Below are positions 30,218-42,394 of a stretch of DNA of 64,000 nt, in pieces. Within the stretch, counting starts at the first letter, position 1. Each line of letters opens with the position of its first letter. Both the position numbers and the translations under genes were made by a program. This DNA is from Octopus vulgaris (taxonomy: Eukaryota). The notes below the pieces were generated by a model that saw only the letters and a list, made by a program, of their open reading frames with translations, had not been told where the DNA came from and did not search any database. The DNA lies in assembly GCA_951406725.2 (NCBI GenBank), contig OX597821.1:17112001-17176000 (forward strand), given 5' to 3'.

Positions 30218-30810
30218 ATGGGAGAATTCACAAAAAAAAAAGAAGACGAAGACAGGTGGTGTAGACAACAAATAGAGGTATTAGTTTAACGCTCGGAAAG
30301 CGAAAAAGTCTTTAAAGTTACGAGCCTACGCTCTTGCACGGAAAGGAGCACAGAAGAAAACAAGGAGAGAAAATAAAGAATATGTAGTGCTCTATCAAGA
30401 GACGTGTGGATAATGGTGATGGAATATCCACGTAGGATGAAGTGGCGATTCATGAGGTGAGACGGATTTTCAAAGTCATGATCGTCACTGCAGAGCCTGC
30501 GTAGGCGGAGGAATTGGGAATAGGGGATGGAAAGTTTGGTGCGTTTAGGGTAGAGGATGAGAATATGAGGTATGACTGTGAGTCTGTGTGTTTGTAATGG
30601 ATGGAGTTGATATAGGGAGAAAATCACAAAAAAAACAAACACAAGACGAAGATAGGTGGTGTAGATAACAAATAGATGCATTAGTATAACGCTCGGAAAG
30701 CGAATAAGTCTTTAACATTTCGAGCCTACGCTCTTCTGCTCTTCTACAGAAATAATCAAGGAGAGAAAATAAAGAATGTGTAGTGGCTAGCGATCTATCA
30801 TGGAAGTGAT
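30218..30810 (-). mobile_element. Penelope-like element remnant: RT thumb fragment between two direct pLTR-like repeats
   Basis: PKRTKLSIPYSQFLRLRRLCSDDHDF...FILRGY is typical of PLE RT C-termini; direct repeats at 30218-30392 and 30614-30790 carry a degenerate gaagagcgtaggctcgaaa HHR-like motif. Confidence 0.85.
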
Positions 30811-30831
30811 ATATATATATATGTGTGTGTG

Positions 30832-30869
<38 letters not shown>

Positions 30870-31205
30870 CAGAGAGAGAGGGAGTGAGGCAGAGACAGAG
30901 ACAGAGATCGAGAAAGAGAAAAAGAGAGGGTGACACTGACAATTGAATGTGTGTTTATGTGTGTGCATACAAATGCAGACATATATATGAGCGGTTATAT
31001 ATATATTTGAGTAGTTGAATGAATTATCTTATTAAGGATAATTCGAATTAACCTATACCTGGGTAGCAAATTCACATCAGGAAATACACGGTTGAAGTTA
31101 CGTGCCTAGGTCATAGATTACGTGCTATCGTGTGGAAATTTGTATGTTTATTTTAAAAATATAAATATATGAAAGAATGGAGCTGAACGACGAATAAACA
31201 AAATT

Positions 31206-31300
31206 CCTTTATTTTCGACATATGTTTCGAAGGCTGCATATTCCTAATTGCGAAGGAATAAGGAGTACATTATGCCGCTTTCTCATCAGGAAAAGCAAGG
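31206..31300 (-). ncRNA. Type I hammerhead ribozyme with intact core
   Basis: Minus strand: ttttc-CTGATGA-gaaagcggcat...atgcagccttc-GAAA-catatg-TC-gaaaa; palindromic stem III, GUC cleavage triplet. Confidence 0.8.
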
Positions 31301-31363
31301 AACTTATGTCAACATCAAAATACACAAAAAACTTTTAGATGATTACTCACACGGAGCCCATAG

Positions 31364-31409
<46 letters not shown>

Positions 31410-31416
31410 CCCATAG

Positions 31417-31465
<49 letters not shown>

Positions 31466-31466
<1 letters not shown>

Positions 31467-32848
31467 AAGGGTGAAAAGGAACACACGAGTTGATATATAT
31501 GAAAAAACAAGTCAAAATAGAAAATGTTAAAATAATTTTATAAAGAACATTTCAGTACCGGTTTCGGTCATTTTGAGACCTTTCAACTGTAACGATTAAA
31601 TAATTAAATTTAGAAAAATTAGAAGAAAAGTTTTTTTAAAGGAATATTTGTATAGTAGTGTTCAAATATAAGTGGCATTCTGCCTTTCTCTGACTCCCTT
31701 GTTTGCACTTGTGTGTTCGAGGTCGTTGTGAATTCTTGGTAGGGTAGAAGAAGAAGAAGGCTGAAGAGGAGAGGGGGTGGAAAAATTTGGGAGTGCCTTG
31801 ATTGTTGTATTTTGAATGGTCAGTGACGGCTAGCAGTTGCAGTTCAATTCAGAATATTTCTATTGAGAGATTTGTTTATGGAATTTGCGTAGGTGTTTTA
31901 ATAAAAAGCATTAGTGATAAAGTTAAGAGGTAGAAGGTGGAGCAGAAGAAGAAGAAAAAGGAGAACAAGAGGAAGATGACGATGTTGATGATGATGATGA
32001 AGAAGAAGAAGGAGAAGGAGAAGAAGAAGATGTTGATGATGATGGTGGTGATGATGATGACGATGATGATGATAATGATGATGATGAAGAAGAAGAGGAA
32101 GAAGAAGAAAACAGAGAAGGGAGAATATGAATGGGTGAAAGTAGTGAGGTGTTGTATGACTTGAAGTTGGCATGTTATGGATTATAGCTGTGATTGGGGC
32201 TGATTAGTAATGGATTCTTTGGAATGTAATATTTGTGTGTGTCTTTCTTTTATTCTAAAGTTGAGGTATATTAATCGTTTGTCGTAGACCCGTTAAGAAG
32301 TGGCCTGTATTTTGTAATAAAGAGAGTTTCTTTACTTATTCGTTGTCTCGAGGTTGTATCGTCCCTAAATTGGTAGAGGGGGAAAATCCTGAAGCCTGGT
32401 GTTTTGTTGTTGGCGCAAGTATCTATGTGTTGGCTGAAAGCTATTTTTCTGTTTTGGGGAATTTTTATCTGGGATCTGTGCAGGGCCATTCTTTTACGCA
32501 AACTATTTTTTTTTGGCCTACGTACTGCTCTTGACACCCGGAGCAGGTTAGTGAGTATATTAGGTTCTCCGAAGCACATGTGAAGTTGCTTTTCACTGTA
32601 AACCGTTGTCCCTGTTTGAAGGAGAACTCTGATCCCTCAATTAGATAGTCGCATATCCCGCAATTGGGTCTTCCACATTTTTTTACTGTCGGCTTCTGTG
32701 TTGAAGAGTGAATTCGGGCTTGTGTTAGGAGACTTTTCATGGATTTAGGCTGTCTCTTGCTTTTTATGATCGTGTGTGTTTGGAGGATTGTGTTCATTAC
32801 TAATCAGCCCCAATCACAGCTATAATCCATAACATGCCAACTTCAAGT
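31466..32848 (-). mobile_element. Penelope-like element, 5'-truncated, GIY-YIG endonuclease with frameshift
   Basis: KCGRPNCGIC...FTCASENLIYSLTCSGCQEQYVGQ, then LRKRMALHRSQI...KETLFITKYRPLLN; HHR-like motif at 31552-31590; 54-bp inverted 5' copy. Confidence 0.9.
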
Positions 32849-33464
32849 ATATATGTATGTGCGTGTTTGTATGTTTTAGTACATGTATGTGTGTCCGCAT
32901 ATGTGGCAACACTAAGATAGCCAGACAGTTTTCTGATTGATAGAGAAATATTTAATGTGTAAAGAGAAAAGAAATATGGAGGAAAAAAAATACCTTTTCG
33001 ACATAAAACCTATAAAAAGTTTATTACTCATCTTCTAGTGTATATAAGGAATGAATTCGTGCATCTCCAATGGATATTGTTATTTCTTTATTAGAAGTGA
33101 TTTTTTTTCAATTTACATACACCTCGTAAACCTATTTTGAAAGGAAACAAATAGATACGTCAATATATACAAATACACACATATACTTTTGTGAATGTGT
33201 CTGTATATGTGTGTGTGATGTGTGTATGTTTGAGCGTGTACACATGAATATATCTGTATATATATATGTAAGTATAAATTTACATGTATGCATGTATATA
33301 TTTTTTATTTATGTGTGTATGCATACGCGCACACGCACGCACACAAACACACATACGCATACATACACACACACACATACGAACTCTTCTTGTCATCCGC
33401 TTTACTATAGGCACAAGGCCTGAAATTTGGGGGAAGGGTAGTCGACTATATCGACTTTGAGATC

Positions 33465-33860
33465 TTGAGCCTGATCATTGGTCAGTTCATGGGGAGCTTC
33501 TCGACTGCGTCTGTTCACAAGGACAAGCTTTTAGAGGTGTTGATTGATGGCGCTTTGTGAGGACCAGGTGCCGCCGACGATGTACAATTGCATCTGCTTG
33601 ACCGTTGTTAAACCATTTCTAAGAAGGCTTTATCTTCCACAACAGAAGGTCTCCTTGACTTTGGCTTGCTTTCGGGGCTGGTGTCACTTTTCTTGAAACG
33701 TCTGAACCAGTTTTGTGCCACACAATCCTTGATTGTTCTCGGGCCGTCCCCATTATTAAATTCTTTCCTGCTGCCCTTGCATTCAGTCCTTTATTTTAAT
33801 AATACAAGTGGCTTAAAATGGCTCTGACTACAAACTTGTTCACTTTTCATTATCAAAGCT
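33465..33860 (-). mobile_element. mariner transposase N-terminal HTH fragment
   Basis: Minus translation KGLNARAA...VAQNWFRRFKKSDTSPESKPKSRRPS resembles the mariner WF.RF..GD.SLED..RSGRP motif. Confidence 0.8.
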
Positions 33861-35839
33861 GTAAAATAAAGCATAAACAATTAATGCGTATATGCACTTC
33901 AACAACGATTGCTTACATTTTATGAAATATAAACACTTCAGCAACGATTGGAATCAAGTTGTATCAAACTAATATCACATGGAGATTCAAGATGTCACAA
34001 ATTATCAATTAAAATATACAAAGCATTTGTCTCAATCTGATCAAGTAATCTTCAAAGTAAGAACTAAAAGCAAAATAGAATATAAAAGTAATGGGTATAA
34101 TGTATTCTATATACATTCTCAAAGTGATTATGTCAAAAATGCTTCAGGACATTTCTTACCAACCTAATATGATACGCGCTCGCAATATCCCATAAAGGAG
34201 GAAAATCAGGGCATCTTTAAAGAGGGAAAAGACCCTAAAAGAAAAATACATATTAATAGGGAGTTTTGGTAGAATTTAATCGATTTTGGTTTAATCAAAA
34301 TCCTTAAACCTCCTTTGTGCCGTCTGTCATAACTTTAATATATCGGTGTTAAGTGCAAACGACTGAAAATACAACAGCATCCCCGCTGAAGTGCTTGGGC
34401 AATTGTATAAGGGTTTTCAAATCATGTGACTTATTTACCAGATCCTGGAGGAGGTTGGATTTGAACTAAGAAAGCATAGGTTTGTTACAGCAAGTCACCA
34501 CATCCAAAAATCTACAATTCGCAATGTGTGATCTTCTACCGGTTATTTATTCATCGACAAAGAAAGGATGAAAGAGAAAGTTAACTGACGGATAATTTTA
34601 ACTCAGAACATAGACTGCCTGAGGAATTGCCACCAGGAATTCTGGTCGCCTTTCTAATGTCCCTGCAATTAGACACCTTTTGTGTGCCTGGGTTTGTTTG
34701 TGTATTTGTATATATCTGTACATATATTTTCTTTTATATTTATGATATACAAATATATATGTGCGTCACCATAGATAGATAAATAGACAGGTAGAGAGAT
34801 AGATATTTGGATAGATAGATTGATAGATAAATGCGTATACACATATGTATACGGGTGTGCATATGCGTGTGTGTGTGTGTTTTGTATGTATGCATGAAAA
34901 ATTCTGTAAAGAAACTTATAAGCACAGAGTGAGTCGGTATTATACAGATTTTCTTTATATATATATATATGTACGTATATGTCTTTATATATATACATTT
35001 AAACTGTTGAGAAGATATGAATTTCGAAACAATCATTTTTAATCTTTCCCTACATAAGATCGTAAATATTATCTCAAATTAATCTGTTGTTAATTACGAA
35101 AATCGTGTAAGTTACTCTCCATAATTACATAATTTTCGCATTGAAAAGATTGATGGATAGTTTGAATCTCATATTAAACGGTATAGTTATTGGATATCAC
35201 AAAAGGAACATTCCATATTCATCTTGATCTGTCTCTATTAACGCTTTCATTCTACTCGAAATAGTCTACTCGTTCCATTTCAATCGCGTTTCTTTTTTTG
35301 TTTTTGCTGTTTGATGATATATATATATATATATCTTTGGTGAAGCTCGACCTTTATTTGTTTTCCATAGTTTGTTATATGAAATTCTCTTCTTTCAATT
35401 ATTCTTCAATTATTTCGACGGTATGGAATCTTTGATTAACGTGTCGAAACAGCCTAATTTTCTCTATTAACGGTAACCATTTGCCTAAAGTTTCCCATAA
35501 AACGTTGATAAATTCACTGTTATCAAATATATCACTGACAGTATAGATGTACGAATACACCGTCACCAACACCATGCATAATCCGATATGCCAAATGCTC
35601 AAAAGTTGGTCAGACTATTACGTAATGAAACGGTTTTATTAAATTTCTGCTTTAATCTTTTTCTCTTTCTGCTTGATATCATTTCTCTTCATCTAATCCT
35701 AAAATTGAAATCGTTTCCTGACGTCAATGGTTCGATACTGATATTTTCTAATTTAATTTTCTTTTCTATTATGGAGCTCGAGTAGCTTTTGGATTCAGAG
35801 AATTCTGATTTGCAAATGATAAAATAGTTTTGTTGGTGA

Positions 35840-35910
<71 letters not shown>

Positions 35911-36425
35911 AAGATCTATATAGAAGCTATTATTGTGAGCCATATTGAATGGCCAAAGAGCCTTGGTCAGGTCAGGCTGAATATCTTCCAAGAATATCTT
36001 CCAAGTGGTTTACAAAACGATTTTATTCTTTTTTAAGGATTGATATTTTGTTATATGAGTTATTTAAAAGATCAAGGAGGACATGTTTTGAAGCTAACAG
36101 CATTTGTTTCAGCTTTATCTTCGGTTATCCTTAAACGCGTCCATTACAAGTATGCTATTACCTTTAGAGAGTTAAGGACGGGGAGTTAACAGAATCGTTA
36201 GCACATAGGACTAAATGCCATGTGCTAGTCATTCTATCGTTCTATGTTCAGGCTTCCGTTTTCACCAAGCTCAACATTGAAATTAGTCTCTCCAGAGTGT
36301 GAGTGTGAGTGAGTGTGTCTATGTATGTCTACATGTGTCTGCGTGTGTGTATATGTATGTGTGTGTGTGTATTTACATATGAATGCATACTGAGAGAAGT
36401 CATCTAATAGAAAAGATGCTGTTAC

Positions 36426-36431
36426 TTCTTC

Positions 36432-36463
<32 letters not shown>

Positions 36464-36942
36464 CCAATCAGGACTCACCCCATTAGCCACAAAGAATAAT
36501 CTCTAATTCGAGCCTACTCTAAGCTACTAAGAATGCGTGTGGAAACTTGAAAATCCACCCACCACACGCGATAGACTGGCGGTTGCACGGGCGCGAAAAT
36601 TACGTTGTTATCCTCATTCCGTAAAGGGTGGCTTTTAACGAGTGGAGAGCTGAACCATCCTGGAGTACAGAGGATTCGCAACTTAGACTAGGGTCTGAAA
36701 GTTTTCCACACCACAGTGGTTTACACCATGGTTCCTCTGCTTTGTGGCAGAAGTAGGAAGAAAGAGTGAGAGAAAGTTGTGGTGAAAGAGTACAGTGGGT
36801 TTACCACCACCACCCGCCGGAGTCTTGTTGAGCTTAGGTGTTTTTGCTCAATAAACACTCACAATGCACGGTCTGGGAATCGAAACCGCGTTCTGACAAC
36901 CACCAGTCCGTTGCCCTAACCACTGGGCCATTGCGCCTCTAC
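36426..36942 (-). mobile_element. SINE family B, tail type 2 ending in (GAA)n
   Basis: Family B head; 12-bp TSD agatgctgttac at 36414-36425 and 36943-36954. Confidence 0.92.
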
Positions 36943-37662
36943 AGATGCTGTTACAGCTGTTACGTGGAATGAAATTCAGCTACGCAGCTATGCTTATCGT
37001 TTCACAAAGTCTCTGGCGTAGTGCCTATTTTTCCCTGCTGTTGCTCACTAACTGGGTTAGCATCAAGTTGTAAAGCCTCCAGTTTTTCGTCACTGTTTCC
37101 CCTTTCTTCATAGAGCAGACATATCCTATTTTTTCCCTTGCCACAAATCTCGTTCTGCGGAAATCCAAGATGAACATCTGCTGCATCGTCCTCCATATTG
37201 GTCTAGTTAAGTAGTCAAGTCCTACAATAACTACTTCTCCAATTCAATCTAAATACAAAACATCAAAAAGATTTCATAAGCTATATGCATAGTTAATAGC
37301 TATAGTTTCGTTATTTATTTATCTATAAAACCAGTATATGGAAATATTACAAACATATACTTGGAAGAGAAAGTTTCGTTTTGGTCTGTTTTGTTTGGGA
37401 GTTTTGTCAGTGCGTGTAACTTTTTTTTATCATTTTATTTATCATTTTTCTATCATTTTATTCATAAAAAGGAAAATGTTTAAGGGAGAATGAAATCATA
37501 ATACAATCAAGAGGCATTATATTGGGCAGAGTGATTTCAATTTTTAATAAGATGAAGAAATAAATCATTACACAGATATTTTTATAAGATAAATAACCTG
37601 GAAGAAAATCAATAACAATGTATAATTAATTTCATAATTGTTTCTGCTTCCGTTGTGGGCTG

Positions 37663-37734
<72 letters not shown>

Positions 37735-38141
37735 ATGTGTATGTGTGTGTGTGTGTGTGTGCTTGATACGAGCTTCCTTGATTTTTTTTTTAATTTTCAT
37801 AGTGCAGAAAGATAACGAAAACAGTCTATCTGAATGAATGAACAGATGAATAAACATGTAAATAAATAAATTAATTAAATAAAATGAGTAAATGAATGAA
37901 TAAATGAAGGAAGGAATGAAAGACTATGACGTCATTGTAAATGTCGACATCACCTGTTGTGTCGGTTTATCAAATCATTAAAGCCGAAAGTTGCTGACTG
38001 TGCGATTTTCTAAGAAGTTCAATACTTGATCAATTTATTCTGTAATTTCCATGTACTCACGGTACGTTAAACACAAGTAACACATAAACACTAACTCACA
38101 TATTCACGCGTACACCATATTTACGAACATATGTATAAATA

Positions 38142-38174
<33 letters not shown>

Positions 38175-38557
38175 ATATATATATATATATATTTTCCTTG
38201 TCCTGTCTTTTACTGTTTATATTTTGTACTGTCGTTACTGTCCTGAAAAGATCTCAAATGTTAATTGATTTGCTTTTCGCAGGAAGGAAAGTTTCTTATC
38301 GAAGATACGTCTCGCCTTCACCTTCGAAACGTAGAGTAGATGAAACCATGGCGACTGAAGAAGGGGTTTTTTCTTTGTGTTAATTGTCCTGTACTCAATT
38401 TTTTGTTGTTTAAAAAAATGTCCAGTTCCTGGGTTTTGTGTCTATGTTTTCTATGTTCGACGTCTTTTTGGTGTCCTGTACTCATATATGCGTGTATATA
38501 TACATGTAGAGGTAGGTACGTATATATATGTTTATATATATGCATATGTTTTATTTA

Positions 38558-38591
<34 letters not shown>

Positions 38592-38669
38592 ATATATACC
38601 AAATAGTGAGGGTACATTGTTTACATTATTTACATTTGTCGGATATTTGTCATCATCTTGTTTGTTGTT

Positions 38670-38715
38670 AACGCAACGTTTCGGCTGATATACCCTCCAG
38701 CCTTCATCAGGTGTC
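38670..38715 (-). ncRNA. Minimal hammerhead motif, left arm
   Basis: gacac-CTGATGA-a-ggctg(gagggtatat)cagcc-GAAA-cg-TT-gcgtt. Confidence 0.7.
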
Positions 38716-38803
38716 TTGGGGAAGTTTCGAACCTGGTTTCTCATTCCTAAGGTATTTTTCGATGTTGTTGTTATTGCTATTGTTGTCGTCTTCTTCTTCT
38801 TCG

Positions 38804-38834
<31 letters not shown>

Positions 38835-38863
38835 CTTCTTCTTCTTCTTCTTCTTCTTCTTCC

Positions 38864-38949
<86 letters not shown>

Positions 38950-38951
38950 TG

Positions 38952-38960
38952 CTTCTTCGT

Positions 38961-38991
<31 letters not shown>

Positions 38992-39483
38992 TTCTTCTTC
39001 TTCTTCCAATCAGAGCTCACGCCATTACCCACATAGAATATTCTCTAATTCGAACCCACTCTAAGCTACTAAGAAGGCGTGTGGCAACTTGAAGATCCAC
39101 CCACCACACGCAATAAACTGGCGGTTGCATAGGCGCGAAAGCTACGTTGTTATCATCATTCCGTAAAGGCTGGCTTTTATCGGGTAGAGAGCTGAACCAT
39201 TCTGGTGTACACAGGATTTGCAATCTAGACTAGGGTCTGAAAGTTTACCACAACATAGTGGGTTACACCATGGTTCCTCTGCTTTGTAGCAGAAGTAGGA
39301 AGAAAGAGTGAGAGAAAGTTGTGGTGAAAGGGTACAGTGGGGCTTACCACTACCCCCGCCGGAGCCTCGTGGAGCTTAGGTGTTTTTGCTCAATAAAACA
39401 CTCACAATGTCCGGTCTGGGAATCGAAACCGCGTCTTACGACCGCGAGTCCACTGCCCTAACCACTGGGCTATTGCTCCTACA
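38952..39483 (-). mobile_element. SINE family B, tail type 2, nested in the left arm of the inverted dimer
   Basis: Homologous along its length to 36426-36942. Confidence 0.9.
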
Positions 39484-39777
39484 CTGTTGTTGTTGTTGCT
39501 TCTGTTGTTGTTAGTGTTGTTGTTGTTTTTGCTGTTGTTGTTGTTATTATTATTCAGGTCACCGCCTGGAATTGAACCTGAAATCTTGGGGTTAGTAGCC
39601 CACGCTCTTGACCACGCCATATGCCGGTGGATGTAGTGATTAAGAGTGCGGGCTACTAACCCCAAGATTCCGAGTTCAATTCCAGGCATTGACCTGAATA
39701 ATAATAACAACAACAACAACAACAGAATCATCGAAAAATACCTTAGGAATGGGAAACCAGATTTGAAATTTCTGCAA

Positions 39778-39823
39778 GACACCTGATGAAGGCTGGAGGG
39801 TATATCAGCCGAAACGTTGTGTT
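39778..39823 (+). ncRNA. Minimal hammerhead motif, right arm
   Basis: gacac-CTGATGA(39783-39789)-a-ggctg/cagcc-GAAA(39811-39814)-cg-TT-gtgtt; palindromic aacgtt stem III. Confidence 0.75.
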
Positions 39824-40093
39824 AGCAACAAACAAGACAAGGAGAAACATCCGTCAAATGTAAATAATGTAAATAACGTACATATTTCTTCATCTCTTAA
39901 ATATAGAACTGTAATAGTGAGGGGTTATCAATCCGGGCAAAATAATTCATAAGCTCTCTGCTCTCAGTTGGTACACAACACTAACAACATTCCTTAGACT
40001 AGTGAAGAACTCTTATAGCAAGTATTCTTAACGCAGCGTGCGAGGTGATGGTTCATCACAACTCTATATTTTAAACTCGTATATGTGTACGCC

Positions 40094-40557
40094 GTCACCT
40101 CCGTCAGTTCTACCTGCAATGTTATATGGTAGTGAAACATGGGCTACCTCAAAGAGAGAAGAGCAAAGACTGATAACGGCTCAAAGAGCCATGGAAAGGT
40201 TGATGCTTGGTATCTCGTTGAGAGAGCACATAAATAGCAACATCATCAGAAAGAAGTCCGGCGTGAGAGATGTCATCGCAGAGTATACTCGCAGCAAGTA
40301 TAGATGGGCTGGACACGTCGCCCGGCTCACCGATAATCGGTGGACGCACGTAGTTGTCGAGTGGTACCCGCGTGAGCGGAAAAGACCACCCGGAAGACCT
40401 CGACGACGGTGGAGTGACGATTTCAAGAGGACGATTGGGATCACGTGGATGAGAAAGGCGCGATCCAGGGAGGAGTGGACAGCATGCTGTGACCAGCGGT
40501 GTGAAATGGACGCCTGACGGACTGGTCGGTCAAAGTGATATCACTTCAAAGTGAAGT
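40094..40557 (+). mobile_element. RTE-clade LINE 3' fragment
   Basis: VLPAMLYGSETW...QRAMER.MLG...WAGHVAR..DNRW...R..GRPRRRW.D; 14-bp TSD tatatgtgtacgcc at 40080-40093 and 40558-40571. Confidence 0.93.
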
Positions 40558-41008
40558 TATATGTGTACGCCATGTATGTACGTGCTTGCCTCTATAACGA
40601 TTACGATTATAAAATGCGTGAGTCTAAGTACGTGTTGTAGTATATTAGTTTGAAAATTAGGCTTATTAAATCTGAAATATTGAAAAATATATTTTCTAAA
40701 TTGTGAATTATTAAACGGTATCGATTGTATTTACGTTTCTAAAAGTTTTTCAAATAATCGACATTAAGTTACGTGTTTTTGCATTGAAGTTGTTCTGTTT
40801 TCATTCATATATCTTTTAGCGTTGTGATTTTTTTTTACGAACTTCTAACAATCGGATTATTTTCACATCGTCTTTTCTTACGTCAGTTTCTTGTTATTTT
40901 ATACACGAATTTTCGTAGCTCGGAGTTTGGAACGTATTTAGATCCCTCTCATTCGGTAAGCGAGTTTGTTCTCTATCTGGAGTCTTGTTGAATAAATCTA
41001 ACAGTCAA

Positions 41009-41153
<145 letters not shown>

Positions 41154-42394
41154 TAGCATTATAAGAAGAAAATGTATAAAATTTGGTGGTTAGCTTCCAA
41201 TAATTGCCTCGTTGGCAAGCTCAAACTGAGAGTGACAATAATCGCATCTGTTTTATCTACTAACAATAAAACATCGTTTTCCCTCGTGTCTTCTTACTTT
41301 CAAGTGTCTCTGTCATACCTTGTTCTCTTTTGTAACGAATCACATTGCAAAGAAATTACTGAATGTTTAAGAGCTGTCATTGAAATTAGAATTCTTACAA
41401 CTTGTAACATTTGACTACTTTTATATAAGATACACTAACCGTAAAATACAGCCAACGGCCAACATTTCTACTTGAGAGTTTTACCTTATTATTCAGTATA
41501 ATAAAGTTGCGATCTGCCTTATAGTAAGAACTCTGATAGTTTTCTCAATTTTGTTGAACATAATTTTCCCTGAATTATATAGATTTTTTTCAATTAATTT
41601 CAGATTAGAAAAGAAAACTATTCTTCATTGATATAAATACGTGGAATGCCTTCAAAACATAAGAACCAAGAACAATCAACTGGTAAAATTCTATAGACGT
41701 CAGTTTCTGATCATTTTCAAATCTCTATATCAATTAGCTATCTGTCTGTATATGTGACTGTAAATGACTCCTGGAAATTAATTCCAAAGTCTATCATGCG
41801 CAGTCGCAGAAGTGACGAGGGAAGATAAGGAATGAATATAATGTAGTTCCTGGGAGGAAATTTTAAAGTAGGCTAAAGGTAAATAATGCTGGAGAAAGAG
41901 AGAGAGAAGAAAATAACTCCACACGCAAACATACACATGTATGCACACAAACATATACATACAAATACAAACGTCTATTCATATTACCAGAAAATCGGTT
42001 TTCACACACACAAACACACACATATACACACACACACACACATACATATCTCTGGACAACTGCTTCGAAACTTCCAGCTTCTATATCCAGACTATGATAT
42101 CATATTCATACCAATAATAATTGAAGTACTAGGTTTTGTTAGTAAAGGAGAATCTAGATAAACTGGGATTTTCAGAAAGAGAAATAGACCAGTTAATTCG
42201 TACATTACAAGTGCAATCTGTGAGTGGAACAGTAAAAATATGTAAGACTTTTCTCAAGTTCCAAATGTGAATTTGTCTGTGTTAATTACAGCCTTGAAGA
42301 CACAAGGCCTGTTATAAAATTATCTTAGACACGTGTTTTCACAGTAAGAAACTAGCTCGTGTCTTTATGCTGTATACATTAAACGATATATATA

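Larger units (their letters stand above)
38613..39912. mobile_element. Head-to-head inverted dimer of a tRNA-headed, hammerhead-containing element
   Basis: Arms 38613-39625 (-) and 39633-39912 (+); 11-bp TSD aatagtgaggg at 38602-38612 and 39913-39923. Confidence 0.85.

Noticed and set aside
27513-37934. Three TGACGTCA (CRE) sites at 27513, 35719 and 37927
   Set aside because: An 8-mer at this count is close to chance in 64 kb and there is no promoter evidence.
39555-39697. tRNA genes
   Set aside because: A/B boxes and an anticodon-like arm are present, but there is no good acceptor stem and the sequence is embedded in a repeat; treated as SINE heads. The same applies to the heads of families A, B and C.
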